From Candidatus Shapirobacteria bacterium (GTDB lineage: Bacteria > Patescibacteriota > Microgenomatia > UBA12405): 64,000 bases of DNA. A program made the translations under genes and the position numbers. This document shows, piece by piece, positions 41,292 to 50,436 of the stretch; the stretch's first letter is position 1, and the number at the start of each line of letters is the position of its first letter. The stretch spans positions 140,270-204,269 of the forward strand of contig JBAYIT010000001.1 of NCBI GenBank assembly GCA_041665485.1, given 5' to 3'. Under the pieces are notes generated by a model. That model saw nothing but the letters and a program-made list of their open reading frames with translations. It was not told where the DNA came from and did not search any database.

Positions 41292-41612
41292 TTAAATAGG
41301 GAGGAAAATTTGGAGATTTTCCAGATCCTTAAGGCCGAAGACCCAGCCGACTAATTTAAGGACAGCAAAGAGAGAGAAAAGAAGAACAAGACCAATCATG
41401 CCGTTGGTGAGCTCTTTTTTGGACTCTTCAATTTTTTTGCTGTCGCCTTGGCCGTCAATGAGATGAAAAGCAGCCATGAAGATAAACCAACAGAAATAAA
41501 GAACGCCAACTAACATAAAGATGGAGAAAACCGATTGAATAACGTTGTTAAGATAGATGATGGGTTCGTTGACCTGGGCTCCCGGAGTTTTGAGAATTGG
41601 GTTGGTGATCAT
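41292..41612 (-). CDS. VirB2/TrbC-like pilin
   Basis: AFHLIDGQGDSKKIEESKKELTNGMIGL. Confidence 0.7.
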   Translation of the reverse strand: MITNPILKTPGAQVNEPIIYLNNVIQSVFSIFMLVGVLYFCWFIFMAAFHLIDGQGDSKKIEESKKELTNGMIGLVLLFSLFAVLKLVGWVFGLKDLENLQIFLPI

Positions 41613-41974
41613 AGGCCAAGTTTATCAAACATACTATTGAGATCGAGGACATTTTCCAGACCGAGGAGCTTGGCCATAAGAGCACCCAGGCCGAGAGAAA
41701 CAACAACAATAAATAAACCTAAAATGCCGTCGGTAAGGCGCTTTTTGGCATCTTGGGCTTTTTTGGCATCACCTTCGGAAGAAATGTAGGCATAGCCGGC
41801 AAAAATAATCTGGATAGAGAAGTAAATGACAGCAACAACGGTGAGGATGCCGATAACACGACCGACGGTGAGCTCGAGAGCGCTGGTGGCAGTTTTGGGA
41901 GAATTGGGATTTTGACCCGGACCACTTAGACCGTAATTGTTGTGAGGAATTTGGGCTAAAAGTTTATTGAACAT
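41609..41974 (-). CDS. VirB2/TrbC-like pilin
   Basis: Likely start MFNKLLAQ; AGYAYISSEGDAKKAQDAKKRLTDGILGL. Confidence 0.75.
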   Translation of the reverse strand: MFNKLLAQIPHNNYGLSGPGQNPNSPKTATSALELTVGRVIGILTVVAVIYFSIQIIFAGYAYISSEGDAKKAQDAKKRLTDGILGLFIVVVSLGLGALMAKLLGLENVLDLNSMFDKLGL

Positions 41975-41978
41975 AAAA

Positions 41979-42443
41979 TTAATTTGGCCCCCAAATAACA
42001 GGTTTGGTGGCGGAGATACCGGTGAGGCGCTCGATAACACCGGAAAGAATAAAAGCCGAAGAAATAATAACCAACCCTAAAATACTTTGCCAAATTTTGG
42101 CCCAAGCCAGCTCGGTTTTTTTGGAATCACCATTGGCAGAAATATATTCGTAACCGGCGATAATGAATTGAAAAACAACATAAATAGCGCCGATAGTGCC
42201 AACAATTTTAAAAATATTGCTCATGAAGATAAAGAGACCGGAGCCGGCATCGCTTTTATATGCAGTGGGGTTGCCAACTGTACCAAAAATTCCGGCTGCA
42301 GAAGCGGGAATTTTAGAAACTAGAAACCCCCCCATGCCCGTCATCGCGAGGCCGAAGGCCGTGGCGATCCCAACGAGATTGCTTCGTCCCCCGATAGTTA
42401 TCGGGATCCTCGCAATGACGTATGGGGTTATTTGTTTGATCAT
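41979..42443 (-). CDS. VirB2/TrbC-like pilin, palindromic element in 5' part (start uncertain)
   Basis: AGYEYISANGDSKKTELAWAKIWQSILGL. Confidence 0.7.
   Translation of the reverse strand: MIKQITPYVIARIPITIGGRSNLVGIATAFGLAMTGMGGFLVSKIPASAAGIFGTVGNPTAYKSDAGSGLFIFMSNIFKIVGTIGAIYVVFQFIIAGYEYISANGDSKKTELAWAKIWQSILGLVIISSAFILSGVIERLTGISATKPVIWGPN
42339..42420. repeat. REP/RPE-like palindromic element, full copy
   Basis: cgtcatcgcgag...gtggcgatc...gagattgcttcg...ctcgcaatgacg; half copies at ~19919-19983 and ~26005-26033. Confidence 0.75.
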
Positions 42444-42444
42444 G

Positions 42445-42780
42445 TTAGATGGTGGGGTTGAGGATTTTGAGGCCAGTAATAACTTCAACTATTTGAATAA
42501 TAAAGTAAGCTAAAAAGACAACTAAAAAACCAATAAGGGCGTTGGTGATGGCTCCAGATGATTGAGCTGTTTTTTTAGAATCACCGCTACCGGCATTAAT
42601 TATAAAGGTAAGACCGCCGAAAATCAAAAGAGCCAGAAAAACAATACCAGCAACAGTGAGAGCGTTTTTGAGAATAATGGAGACGAGAACGGCCAGATTG
42701 GGATAGGAAGAGGAGATGGTGTGGCCACTGCCAAGAGGAGTATCACCAATTTGAACTTGAGCAAGAACTGGTTTAAACAC
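42445..42780 (-). CDS. VirB2/TrbC-like pilin
   Basis: VLAQ; GGLTFIINAGSGDSKKTAQSSGAITNALIGF. Confidence 0.75.
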   Translation of the reverse strand: MFKPVLAQVQIGDTPLGSGHTISSSYPNLAVLVSIILKNALTVAGIVFLALLIFGGLTFIINAGSGDSKKTAQSSGAITNALIGFLVVFLAYFIIQIVEVITGLKILNPTI

Positions 42781-42893
42781 GGGTTAATTATACTATGTCA
42801 GTTGACAGTTTTCAGTTACGAGTTACGAGTTATTGGGTACTAGGTACTTGGAGCTAGGTACATGGTATAATACGGCCAAATTAGATCCCCCCT

Positions 42894-43637
42894 ATGCTTA
42901 ACAAAATAATAGTATTTGTGTTGGCCGGAGCATTAGTTGCCAGCTGGCGAACAACTCCGATTTTGGCAGTAGAGCATTGGAACGGGTGGAATGGAATGAG
43001 GGTGATAGTGGGGATGGCAATTGAGCGAGGAGTTCCGGCGGAAACGATTGTTCTATTATTGTTATTGCCAGTAGTGGCGACAATGGTGGGGATTATTCAT
43101 TATTTGGTAGGTTTTACCGGTTACGGGATTTTTATGCCAACGATGGTGGCAGTGGTGTTGACGGCAACAGGAATTCCGAGCGGTTTATTACTTTTTGGCC
43201 TGATTTTGATGATATCGAGCGGAGGAAATATGCTTTTGAAGCGACTCAAACTTCATTTTTGGCCGTCAAGATCGATTAATTTAGTAATGATTGGACTGGG
43301 GACGTTTGGGTTGATGCTGTTGGGGACAGTAACTCCGTGGATAGATTTGAGTAAGATATCGATTTTCCCGGTGTTATTTATGGTGATGTTGGCGGAGGAG
43401 TTTGTGAGAACGCAGTTGATTAAAAGCCGAAAAGAGGCGGTGAAATTGACTTTGGGAACATTGATTTTAGCGGTGGTGGGGGCAGTAATTATGGATGTTG
43501 GCTGGATTAGAGAGGCGGTGTTGTTAAATCCGGAAATTGTTTTGGTGGTGGTAGCGGTTAATTTGCTGGTGGGAAACTATAGTGGGATTAGACTGACGGA
43601 GATTGCTAGATTTAAGAAAGCGATTCGGAAAAAATAA
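42894..43637 (+). CDS. 7TM domain of the type usually fused to inactive transglutaminase
   Basis: LLLLPVVAT...VGFTGYGIFMP, IFPVLFM, LLNPE, GNYSGIRLTEIARF. Confidence 0.8.
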   Translation: MLNKIIVFVLAGALVASWRTTPILAVEHWNGWNGMRVIVGMAIERGVPAETIVLLLLLPVVATMVGIIHYLVGFTGYGIFMPTMVAVVLTATGIPSGLLLFGLILMISSGGNMLLKRLKLHFWPSRSINLVMIGLGTFGLMLLGTVTPWIDLSKISIFPVLFMVMLAEEFVRTQLIKSRKEAVKLTLGTLILAVVGAVIMDVGWIREAVLLNPEIVLVVVAVNLLVGNYSGIRLTEIARFKKAIRKK

Positions 43638-43676
43638 GAATTTACGAATATACGAATCTACGAATTAAGATAAAAA

Positions 43677-45041
43677 ATGATATTTGGATTAGAGAAATAC
43701 AAACAGTTTTTGACGAAAAATGAGAGAAATAAGGTGTATTTGCGAAAAAATTCGATAGAGGGAAGGCGAGTGGCGGATAGTAAATGGAAAACAAAGATGG
43801 TGTTGCAAAAAGAAGGGGTGGGGGTGCCAAAATTGATCGGGAGATTGAGATCGGGGGCAGGGGTAGAGAAATTTGAGTGGGAAAAATTAACAGGTAATTT
43901 TGTAATTAAGCCGGTGTCGGGATATGGAGGAGAAGGGATATTAATAATAAAAAAGAAAATTTCTAATGACAAATTTCTAATGATGGATGGGAAAACTATA
44001 TTTATAGAAGATTTAAAGAGGCATTGTTTAGAGATATTGGCGGGGAGATATAGCTTGTATGGAATGCCGGACACGGTGTTAATTGAAGAAAGAATAAAAA
44101 TTCATCCGATGTTTTTGAGCTATACCCGAACTGGGACGCCGGATATCCGGGTAATTGTTTATAACCGAGTGCCGGTAATGGCGATGTTGCGGATTCCAAC
44201 CGAAAAAAGCCAAGGAAAGGCAAATTTACAACAGGGAGCAATGGGGCTGGGGGTGGATTTGGCTACAGGAATTACTACTTTTGGAATTGAGGGCAAAGGA
44301 GAAATAATCAAGAAAATTTATGACCGAGGGAAAAAGAGAATGATTAAGGTGAATGGAATTAAAATTCCAAAATGGAGAGAAGTGCTGGAAGTGGCGATAA
44401 GTTGCCAGAGAGCGATTCCGGAATTGGGCTTTGTGGGAGTGGACATAGTCTTAGATAAGGAAAGAGGGCCATTGGTGCTGGAAGTCAATTCCCGCCCCGG
44501 ATTGTCAATACAATTATGTAATCGGGCGGGATTGAAGGCTAGAATGCAAAAAGTTGAGGATGTGGAGGCAAAAAGTGTGGAGCACAGTATTTCCCTGGCT
44601 AAGTATCTATTTGGGGAGAGCTTTTTTGAGAAAGTAGAGCAAAAAGAGAGGGCAAAAACAATCAAGCCAATTGAAATAATTGAAATTAAAGTGCCAAAAG
44701 GCTTTGTGCCAAGTTTTGAAAAAAGCCCAGTGCTAAAAAAAGGAAAACATCGGGTGGTGGAAGTGAGAGCTAAAATAGATACCGGGGCATTTAGGAGTTC
44801 GATTGATAAGGTTCTGGCGGAAAAGATGGGGTTGCTTGATAAAACACGGGTGTTGTATTATCGACATTATCGGTCGAGTTTGGGAAGACAGGTGGACAGG
44901 CCAGTGGTGGGAGTAACTTTCTGGGTGTTGGGGAAAAAGATTGTGACGGCGGTAAATGTGGCCGATAGACATAAGTTGAGGACAAAATTTTTATTGGGGA
45001 GAAAAGATTTAGAAGGTTTTTTAATTTCTGCAAATAAATAA
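43677..45041 (+). CDS. Alpha-L-glutamate-ligase-like ATP-grasp protein fused to a RimB-like retropepsin/aspartyl protease
   Basis: ADSKWKTK, VIKP..GYGGEGI, PDIRVIV..PVMAMLR.PT..S.GKANLQQGA, LEVNSRPGL; C-terminal AKIDTGA..SSID...LLGR. Confidence 0.82.
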   Translation: MIFGLEKYKQFLTKNERNKVYLRKNSIEGRRVADSKWKTKMVLQKEGVGVPKLIGRLRSGAGVEKFEWEKLTGNFVIKPVSGYGGEGILIIKKKISNDKFLMMDGKTIFIEDLKRHCLEILAGRYSLYGMPDTVLIEERIKIHPMFLSYTRTGTPDIRVIVYNRVPVMAMLRIPTEKSQGKANLQQGAMGLGVDLATGITTFGIEGKGEIIKKIYDRGKKRMIKVNGIKIPKWREVLEVAISCQRAIPELGFVGVDIVLDKERGPLVLEVNSRPGLSIQLCNRAGLKARMQKVEDVEAKSVEHSISLAKYLFGESFFEKVEQKERAKTIKPIEIIEIKVPKGFVPSFEKSPVLKKGKHRVVEVRAKIDTGAFRSSIDKVLAEKMGLLDKTRVLYYRHYRSSLGRQVDRPVVGVTFWVLGKKIVTAVNVADRHKLRTKFLLGRKDLEGFLISANK

Positions 45042-45140
45042 AAACCCTTCCCCTAACCCCTTCACCTCCGCCTGTCGTCGGACAGGTTGACAGGGCAGGG
45101 GAAAAAATAATTTTTAATTTTAAATTTTTAATTTTAAAAA

Positions 45141-46100
45141 ATGACAAAAGTTGCGGTGTTTTATGGAGGAAAGTTGACTGATCATTTGGTGATGCTAAAG
45201 CGGGCAGGAAAGAAAGAAGGGGTGGAGTTAAAGTTGTTTTCTTACAACAAAGTGGTGTTTAGTAGTGACAGGCCCAATATTATGCTGAGAGATGGATTAA
45301 CCAAGTCGTTGAAAAGCGGGCGTGATTATGGCCTTGATTATTTTGATGTGCTGTTTTTTAGAACGGCGAAAAAGCACTGGCAAGAGGTGTCTTGGTTGGT
45401 TGATGAGGCTAAGATCTTAGGGAAAATAATTGTTGACCCGGTGGTGGGGAGTGCCAGACCAACTGACGCCTGCAAGGCATTTCAAATGTTACAGATGTTA
45501 AAAGCGGGAATTCCGACACCAAAAACTTTATATGGAAGTTTGGGTTATTTATTAACTGAAGCGCCAAAATATTTAGGTTTTCCAGTAATAATTAAGGGAA
45601 GTGGAGGCCATCGGGGAGGGAGTGTGTATAAAGCTGACAACAAAATGGAGTTGGATAAAATCATGGCAGAGTTAAGACCAGTAGAGATTGCCGAAGGGAG
45701 GAGATATTTAGCTCAAGAGTTTATTAAAAATAGCGGGGATTATCGGGTGATTGTGTTGGGAGACAAAGTACTGGGGGCGATGAAAAGATCGGCTCAGGTG
45801 GAAGGAGAATTTAGAAATAATTTCTCCCGAGGAGGGACGGTAGAATTAGCGGAACTTGACGAAGAAACAAAGAAGTTGTGTGTAAAGGCAGCAAAAGCTT
45901 GCGGATTATGGGTGGCAGGAGTGGATTTGGTGTTTGCCAATGATGATAAAAAAAGGCCAATGTTTTGGGAAGTTAACCGAGGACCGCAGTTTAGAGGGTT
46001 TATGCAGGCGACAGGAATTGATGTGCCACGAGAAATCGTAAGATTTCTGGTAAGTTTAAAGTTAGAAAGTCCAAAAAGTCCAAAAAGTCCAAAAAGTTAA
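45141..46100 (+). CDS. RimK family ATP-grasp ligase
   Basis: GIPTPKT, FPVIIKG, QEFI..DYRVIV, FRNNFSRGG, GVDL, EVNRGP. Confidence 0.85.
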   Translation: MTKVAVFYGGKLTDHLVMLKRAGKKEGVELKLFSYNKVVFSSDRPNIMLRDGLTKSLKSGRDYGLDYFDVLFFRTAKKHWQEVSWLVDEAKILGKIIVDPVVGSARPTDACKAFQMLQMLKAGIPTPKTLYGSLGYLLTEAPKYLGFPVIIKGSGGHRGGSVYKADNKMELDKIMAELRPVEIAEGRRYLAQEFIKNSGDYRVIVLGDKVLGAMKRSAQVEGEFRNNFSRGGTVELAELDEETKKLCVKAAKACGLWVAGVDLVFANDDKKRPMFWEVNRGPQFRGFMQATGIDVPREIVRFLVSLKLESPKSPKSPKS

Positions 46101-46107
46101 AACATAA

Positions 46108-46677
46108 ATGATTAAAGAGGGGGAGTTGAAGAAAAGGCGGATACCGAAGATTTTTTGGGCGGGGTTGATATTGGCCGGAACGGTGGGAATGGTAAAGATG
46201 GGAGCCTTTGGTGATTTCAGAAATAATAAGCTGGTATTTCCAACTAAGACAGTCGTAACCGTGATAATTGATGGTGATACTTTTACGCTTAAAAATGGGT
46301 TAAGTTTTCGGTTGGCGGGAGTAAATGCTCCAGATAGAAATGTTAATTATGAAGATTATTTGAAGGCCAAGGACTGGTTAACAAGAAGAATCAAAGACAA
46401 AGTGGTGTATCTAGAGTATGATCGGTATTTGGATGAAAAATTTGGAAGATTAACAGGATATGTGTGGCTGGGGTGTGAATCTACTCCAAAGTTTAAACCT
46501 TGGAATTACATGAAAAAAAGTCAAAACGAATCTATGCCGGAATTAAGGGAGAATCCTGATGGGTGCAAGGCTGGTGTGATGGTTAACGAAGAGTTAATCA
46601 AATCTGGGAATGGAAAGTTTAAGGTGTATAGCGAGTGGGGAAAGCTGAAATATCAGGGAAGATTGGGAAAAGATTAG
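46108..46677 (+). CDS. Thermonuclease (SNase) family protein, membrane anchored
   Basis: IDGDTF, RLAGVNAPD, FGRLTGYVW, VNEELIKSG. Confidence 0.8.
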   Translation: MIKEGELKKRRIPKIFWAGLILAGTVGMVKMGAFGDFRNNKLVFPTKTVVTVIIDGDTFTLKNGLSFRLAGVNAPDRNVNYEDYLKAKDWLTRRIKDKVVYLEYDRYLDEKFGRLTGYVWLGCESTPKFKPWNYMKKSQNESMPELRENPDGCKAGVMVNEELIKSGNGKFKVYSEWGKLKYQGRLGKD

Positions 46678-46747
46678 ATCTTAGATTTTGGTTCTTAGTT
46701 CTTAGATACTGGGTACTGGATGCAAAATGTGTGGTATAATCGGCCAG

Positions 46748-47686
46748 ATGGATAAGAAGATAATTGCTTTTACGATGTCGCCGAAACAAAGCCAATTTGA
46801 GGTGGATAGGTTGGCACAAGAAGGGAAGAAGTTGGGAGTGGAAGTGGAGAAAGTAAATTATCGAGATTTGACTTTTGAGGTTAATAATCAAAAACCTAGG
46901 GTATATATAAATAGTATAGAGAGAAATGGGGAGAACACTTTGGGCTGTTGGTTTAGAGTGGCGGGAACAAAGTCGGGGAAATATGTGGAAGGGAGGAATA
47001 TGCTAATCCGATTAAAACAAAATGAGATGTTTTGTGTTAATGCGGGGAGCTATTTGGGTTGGCCAAGAATGGGGAAGATTTCCCAACATGCGGTGTTTGT
47101 GGAGGCGGGAATTCCAGTAGTGCCGACGGCGATCTTCTATGAAAGATCGCAAGTCAAAAGTCTGAAAGTAGAAAGTCCAAAAAGTTTTGGTGAGTGGGAT
47201 TTTCCGATAATTACAAAACATGAGAGGGGGTATCAGGGGAAGTCGGTGAGGAAACTTGAGAATTGGGAGGAAGTGGAAAAGTGGCTTAATAAGATCGATG
47301 AAAAAAATTTGGGGATGTTTTTGTGGCAAAAGTTTTTGCCGGGGGGGTGGGATTTGAGGGTGATTGTGCTTGACGGTAAGGTGCTGGGAGCAATGAAGCG
47401 GACGGCTTCCGGTGATGAATTTAGAAGTAACTATAGCCTTGGAGGGGCGGTGGAAAAATGGGAGTTATCGGATGAGGACACTAAATTAGCGGAAAAGGTG
47501 GCTAAAGTGTGCGGGCTGGATTATTGCGGAGTGGATATTATGAAGTCCAAAAAGCCTGAAAGTCCAAAAAGTGAGGAAAGTGTGGTGTTGGAGGTGAATA
47601 GGCAGTGCCAGTTTAAGGGGTTTGAAGAGGCAACAGGAATAAATGTGGCTAGGGCAGTGGTTGACATGATAAGAAAAAGAGGCTAA
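46748..47686 (+). CDS. RimK family ATP-grasp ligase
   Basis: Likely start MDKK (TATAAT 7 nt upstream); DLRVIV, FRSNYSLGG, GVDI, LEVN. Confidence 0.85.
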   Translation: MDKKIIAFTMSPKQSQFEVDRLAQEGKKLGVEVEKVNYRDLTFEVNNQKPRVYINSIERNGENTLGCWFRVAGTKSGKYVEGRNMLIRLKQNEMFCVNAGSYLGWPRMGKISQHAVFVEAGIPVVPTAIFYERSQVKSLKVESPKSFGEWDFPIITKHERGYQGKSVRKLENWEEVEKWLNKIDEKNLGMFLWQKFLPGGWDLRVIVLDGKVLGAMKRTASGDEFRSNYSLGGAVEKWELSDEDTKLAEKVAKVCGLDYCGVDIMKSKKPESPKSEESVVLEVNRQCQFKGFEEATGINVARAVVDMIRKRG

Positions 47687-47694
47687 ATTTATTT

Positions 47695-48903
47695 GTGCGA
47701 AGAATATTTTGGCCAATAGTTTTGATAATTTTTTTGGTTTTTGGCGTGACGGGAGTGAGAGCAGAGACTGATTGGTGTAAGCAAATAAGAGAAGTTTATG
47801 AAGCCTCAAAGGGCGGACGGTGTAATGAAGACGATCAAGATAAAAAATTTAGTTATTTTGCTGATCTTGATATTAATGATGTTGTCAATGAAGCCGACAA
47901 TGAACAGCTGGGCCGATTAACAGTGGAGCAGTGTAAAAATAAGATTGAGCATTCTAAAGCTATTTCAGAAACGGGTGAGTGCCGATGTGAGACAGGGTAT
48001 TGGCATACTCTTAATATTTTTAATTGTGACAAGCGAACTTTTTGTGGAATGAGCCTGATGACTGATAATGGCTTAAGGATTTTTAATACAGAGGATGAGT
48101 GTAAAAAAAGTGCTGGAGAAGAGGAGAAAAGGAGGGGTGGAGTGGGAATGCCGAATCCGGCATCGTTTTTTTGTGTTGATATGGGTTATCAAAATGTCGG
48201 AGGAATGTGCGTGAATGGGGAAAGTAGATGCAATGAATGGGCATTTTTTATGGGAGAATGTCGCTTGAATGGCAGTGGTAGTAAGCCACATCTTTATTTG
48301 GAGAGAAAGAGCGAAGAGACTAAGATTGGGGAGACAATGATGGTTACGGTGGGGATTGATAGTAAAGATAGAAAAATCGTTGGAGCTGATGTCATGATTA
48401 AGTTTAATGGTTCGTTAAATCTCGAAAAAGCGGAAATGGTGGATGAGTCTTTAGTTGGGTATCGTTATGATAGGAATAATTTTTATGGCAAGATTAATAA
48501 TGAGACTGGGGTTTATGATGTGACTTTAGTACCACCCAGTGAAGAATATGTTGGTTTGATGACTAAAACAGCAAAGGGGCCGGTGGTAAATTTGACTTTT
48601 CGACGAACAGATGGTGGATTACCCCAGGTATATTTTGCCTGTCGTCAAAATACGGTGAGAGATTCAAACATTATTAGTGACGATGCGATAGATATCATAA
48701 GTTGTGGTGACAACTTAAATTTGATTGGAATGGCGGGGGATGCAGATTGGGATTGGAATGTTGGTTTTAAAGATTTATTGATTTGGAAGGGTGGCTACTT
48801 GTACAAAGAGGATATGAGGGCTGATTTTGACCGGAGTAAGGAAGTTGATTTTGCTGATTTGAAAATATGGAAAGATAAATACCTGTTGTACCAAAATAAT
48901 TAA
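47695..48903 (+). CDS. Secreted Cys-rich protein: DUF333-like + cohesin-like + dockerin-like
   Basis: MPNPASFFCVDMG...CNEWAFFMGEC; IVGADVMIKF; GDADWDWNVGFKD...ADFDRSKEVDFAD. Confidence 0.7.
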   Translation: MRRIFWPIVLIIFLVFGVTGVRAETDWCKQIREVYEASKGGRCNEDDQDKKFSYFADLDINDVVNEADNEQLGRLTVEQCKNKIEHSKAISETGECRCETGYWHTLNIFNCDKRTFCGMSLMTDNGLRIFNTEDECKKSAGEEEKRRGGVGMPNPASFFCVDMGYQNVGGMCVNGESRCNEWAFFMGECRLNGSGSKPHLYLERKSEETKIGETMMVTVGIDSKDRKIVGADVMIKFNGSLNLEKAEMVDESLVGYRYDRNNFYGKINNETGVYDVTLVPPSEEYVGLMTKTAKGPVVNLTFRRTDGGLPQVYFACRQNTVRDSNIISDDAIDIISCGDNLNLIGMAGDADWDWNVGFKDLLIWKGGYLYKEDMRADFDRSKEVDFADLKIWKDKYLLYQNN

Positions 48904-48905
48904 AC

Positions 48906-50390
48906 GTGTTAGATTTATCTGTGAAGAATAAATTTCAGCTGATAGTTTTGCTGATTTTAGGAGTGGCCCTGGCGGGTGGGGTGTATCTTTCTCAAAGAAG
49001 CCAGGAAACAAGAAGAGGAGCGGCGGGAGGAGAAAAAGTAATTTTGTTTATGCCGGATGAAAGAAACTTGAAGGTGGGGGAGGTGTTGGAAACAACGATT
49101 GTGGTTGGTACCGAGCCAGGGTATGGTTTATCTGCCGCAACTTTAAATATAAAATATAACCCACAGGTTGTTGATTTTCAGACGGCAGATGCGTTATCGT
49201 ATTTTGGGATTTTTAGTGAGACAGGTGTGTCGGGAGACAAGAACTTTGACCTAGTATATAAACCGGGAGGAGCAACGTTTGGCCCAGTATCGTTGGTTAA
49301 GTTAAGGTTCTTAGCTAAAGTTGCTGGTGCGGTTGATTTAAATGTTGGTGGAAATATCGACTTGTTGGATGCAGAAAACAACACATTGAGTGCTGTGGGA
49401 AGAAAACACAAGATAGTTTTTCTTACTTCGGAAATGGTGGCGAAGCCGAACTATGTGGTGGAAGGGAACCCAGTGGTGATTCCTTCGGGAACGGTTTGCA
49501 AAGAAGGGGTTAATACCTTGAAGATGGATGAGAACTACTCTTGCGATAGTGGAGGAGGATATAGGTATGCGAATTGCGAATGTTATGATGGGTTTGGTGC
49601 CAGAATCGGGTCGGAGGATGGCTGTTATAACTATGGAGAAATGGCAGAGTTGGCGAGGAAAGAGTGTGTGGGTAGATCTAATTGCTCAACAATACCAATT
49701 CCCGGAAGCGATGTTTCATTGAGTTTGTCGCTGTTGGGCAATGAGCCAGCGGTGGTGGGCAAACCGTTTAAGATCGGGGTTGATTTTAACTCAATTGATT
49801 CGAAAGTTCGGGTTTCAGGACTAAAGCTTAAATTTAATTATAATACGGACTATGTTTCTGATGCCAAGTGGCGTCCAGGAATTTTTTCCCAGGTTGGATC
49901 AACCGACACTGATATACAAAGTTTAGTCGGCGGAGAGCTGGATTTAAACTTGGTTTCAATGAAGCAAGGAGATGAATTATTGTCGAGCGGAAGAGTGGCA
50001 GAAATTGAGTTGATGCCAACTTTTCCGAAAGTAATGGATGGGGCTACGTTTAATGTATATTTGGATGTTGTTGAAGTAGTTGGAGTTGATATAAACGGAA
50101 AGAGTAAATCGTTTGGGGTGAAAGAAAGAACTATTAGTTTGCCGGTATCGGTGGTTTTACGGAAGCCAACGATTACTGATATGTGCCGATTTTGCCCGGA
50201 GGGCGAGAGAATTTTGGGTGACGCTAATTGTGACAATAGTGTAAGTATGCTTGATTTTGAGGTTTGGAGAAGCGCTAAACACGACCTGACCCCAATCTCG
50301 ATAATGGCGATGGCGAACTTGGATTGTAGTAGTGATGGGGTGATGATGGCTGACTTTGAAGTTTGGAGAAAAGCGATGTTTGACAAATAG
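48906..50390 (+). CDS. Membrane-anchored protein with two cohesin-like domains and C-terminal dockerin-like domain
   Basis: LSAATLNIKYNP, VSGLKLKFNY, GDANCDNSVSMLDF...ANLDCSSDGVMMADF. Confidence 0.7.
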   Translation: MLDLSVKNKFQLIVLLILGVALAGGVYLSQRSQETRRGAAGGEKVILFMPDERNLKVGEVLETTIVVGTEPGYGLSAATLNIKYNPQVVDFQTADALSYFGIFSETGVSGDKNFDLVYKPGGATFGPVSLVKLRFLAKVAGAVDLNVGGNIDLLDAENNTLSAVGRKHKIVFLTSEMVAKPNYVVEGNPVVIPSGTVCKEGVNTLKMDENYSCDSGGGYRYANCECYDGFGARIGSEDGCYNYGEMAELARKECVGRSNCSTIPIPGSDVSLSLSLLGNEPAVVGKPFKIGVDFNSIDSKVRVSGLKLKFNYNTDYVSDAKWRPGIFSQVGSTDTDIQSLVGGELDLNLVSMKQGDELLSSGRVAEIELMPTFPKVMDGATFNVYLDVVEVVGVDINGKSKSFGVKERTISLPVSVVLRKPTITDMCRFCPEGERILGDANCDNSVSMLDFEVWRSAKHDLTPISIMAMANLDCSSDGVMMADFEVWRKAMFDK

Positions 50391-50436
50391 GGTGTTAATT
50401 ATGTTAAATTTATCTATATAAAGTTTTTTTAACAAA

